Part shown: positions 63,131 to 64,000 of the stretch, one piece after another | Position numbering within the stretch: the stretch's first letter is position 1 | Layout: the number at the start of each line of letters is the position of its first letter | NCBI RefSeq assembly: GCF_009914755.1 | Contig: NC_060938.1 | Reading direction: 5' to 3' (one strand) | Source of the DNA: the human T2T-CHM13v2.0 reference genome, Homo sapiens | Length of the DNA stretch: 64,000 nucleotides | Program-made: the position numbers and the translations under genes | The notes under the pieces: model-generated | The model's database searches: none | What the model saw: only the letters and a program-made list of their open reading frames with translations | What the model was told of the DNA's origin: nothing

Positions 63131-63284
63131 TAAAGAGCTACGGTTGAAGTTAACTGTTAAGGTGTGTGTGTGTGTGTGAGTGTGTGTGTGTGATGACTTT
63201 GTGGAAAGCCTTGAGTAAAGAGCTACGGTTGAAGTTAACTGTTAAGGTGTGTGTGTGTGTGATGACTTTGTGGAAAGCCTTGAG
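63131..63284. repeat. Tandem duplication (85 bp + 69 bp) with an internal (TG)n of different length
   Basis: taaagagctacggttgaagttaactgttaagg(tg)n atgactttgtggaaagccttgag, twice. Confidence 0.95.
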
Positions 63285-63464
63285 AAATGTAGACACTCAT
63301 GGCCAGCCCAGCTAAAGATAAGCATCTTCGGTGAACTAAAGGTTCTGAATTGTATAGGAGTTGACTTAAAGTTAGAATTTTTGCTAAATTAGGTTGCATT
63401 TGTTTTCCTTAGCTTACCTAGCAGGCTAATGGCAACAGTGTCTCCAGTTTGGTCCGAAGCAATT

Positions 63465-63522
63465 GCTGGTGAGACTTGGGATAATGATCCCAAGCTGGTG
63501 AGACTTGGGATAATGATCCCAA
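63465..63522. repeat. Perfect 29-bp tandem duplication
   Basis: gctggtgagacttgggataatgatcccaa x2. Confidence 0.97.
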
Positions 63523-64000
63523 GAATAACACTAAATTACTCTTGAGTATTTTGGGTAGACATGCCTTGCAGTAGACTTTCATATTTGATGTGCTGCCTGA
63601 TAAAAAAGGCTCTTTTTTTTTTTCCTTTTTCCTTTTTTTTTAGTTTAAGGATCTAACCTGAAATAGCTGGGTCTGTTCATGAGTTTCCCTCCCACCCCAA
63701 CATTGAGTTTCAAATGTCTCTTCTAATTTTGTAGCCTTCATCAGACATAACAATACCTTATCAAGTGAGCTTAGAGAATAAGGTGTTCTACTTGATTTAC
63801 TTGAGGCTGATAATGAATTTGAAAATATAACAAGATCTATTGAAAAATTTTCTTAATACTTGAAAATTATAAAGAATATCAAGTATTTAACTCTTAATGA
63901 TTCAGCGTCAGCATTATGAAGAGACATTTACGATTTTGTTTCCAATTTAGATCTTTCTGTATTCTTTTAATACCAGTAGTCTCTTCTGTTTGATGTTGTG

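Noticed and set aside
63131-63523. CRISPR-like or terminator-like repeats with hairpins
   Set aside because: Only two abutting copies with no spacers, in a eukaryotic intron; simple tandem duplications.

Overview
Primate (human-like) nuclear DNA. The window is mostly repeat-rich intergenic or lncRNA-intronic sequence with no intact protein-coding exon, and it ends in a CpG-island promoter. I recognise this promoter from memory (not by search) as the KTN1 / KTN1-AS1 bidirectional promoter on 14q22. Its non-coding exon 1 contains a (GCG)9 repeat and a donor after 62073. Main contents: an L1MA-type LINE (~215-6552) with an internal deletion and a ~100-bp inversion; an ~11-kb L1MC-type LINE (~23689-34830) hosting two processed pseudogenes (full-length RPL7A, and a ~3.8-kb ABI1 retrocopy of a short isoform), each with visible TSDs; about 40 Alus; solo LTRs (MER4A, THE1, MLT1/MLT2, LTR41, LTR16/33-like); DNA-transposon MITEs (MER53, MER44A containing Tigger2a containing an Alu, Tigger4, MER2, MER94); and MIR/L2 relics. 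Repeat subfamily names come from remembered consensus sequences and boundaries are approximate. I find no new gene system. The most notable unexplained structures are three short local copy-paste insertions whose donors lie 1-2.2 kb away in the same window, several fold-back micro-scars, a trimeric AluY, a tightly spaced inverted Alu pair, candidate antisense exons, and the 5'UTR CGG repeat with near-cognate starts.
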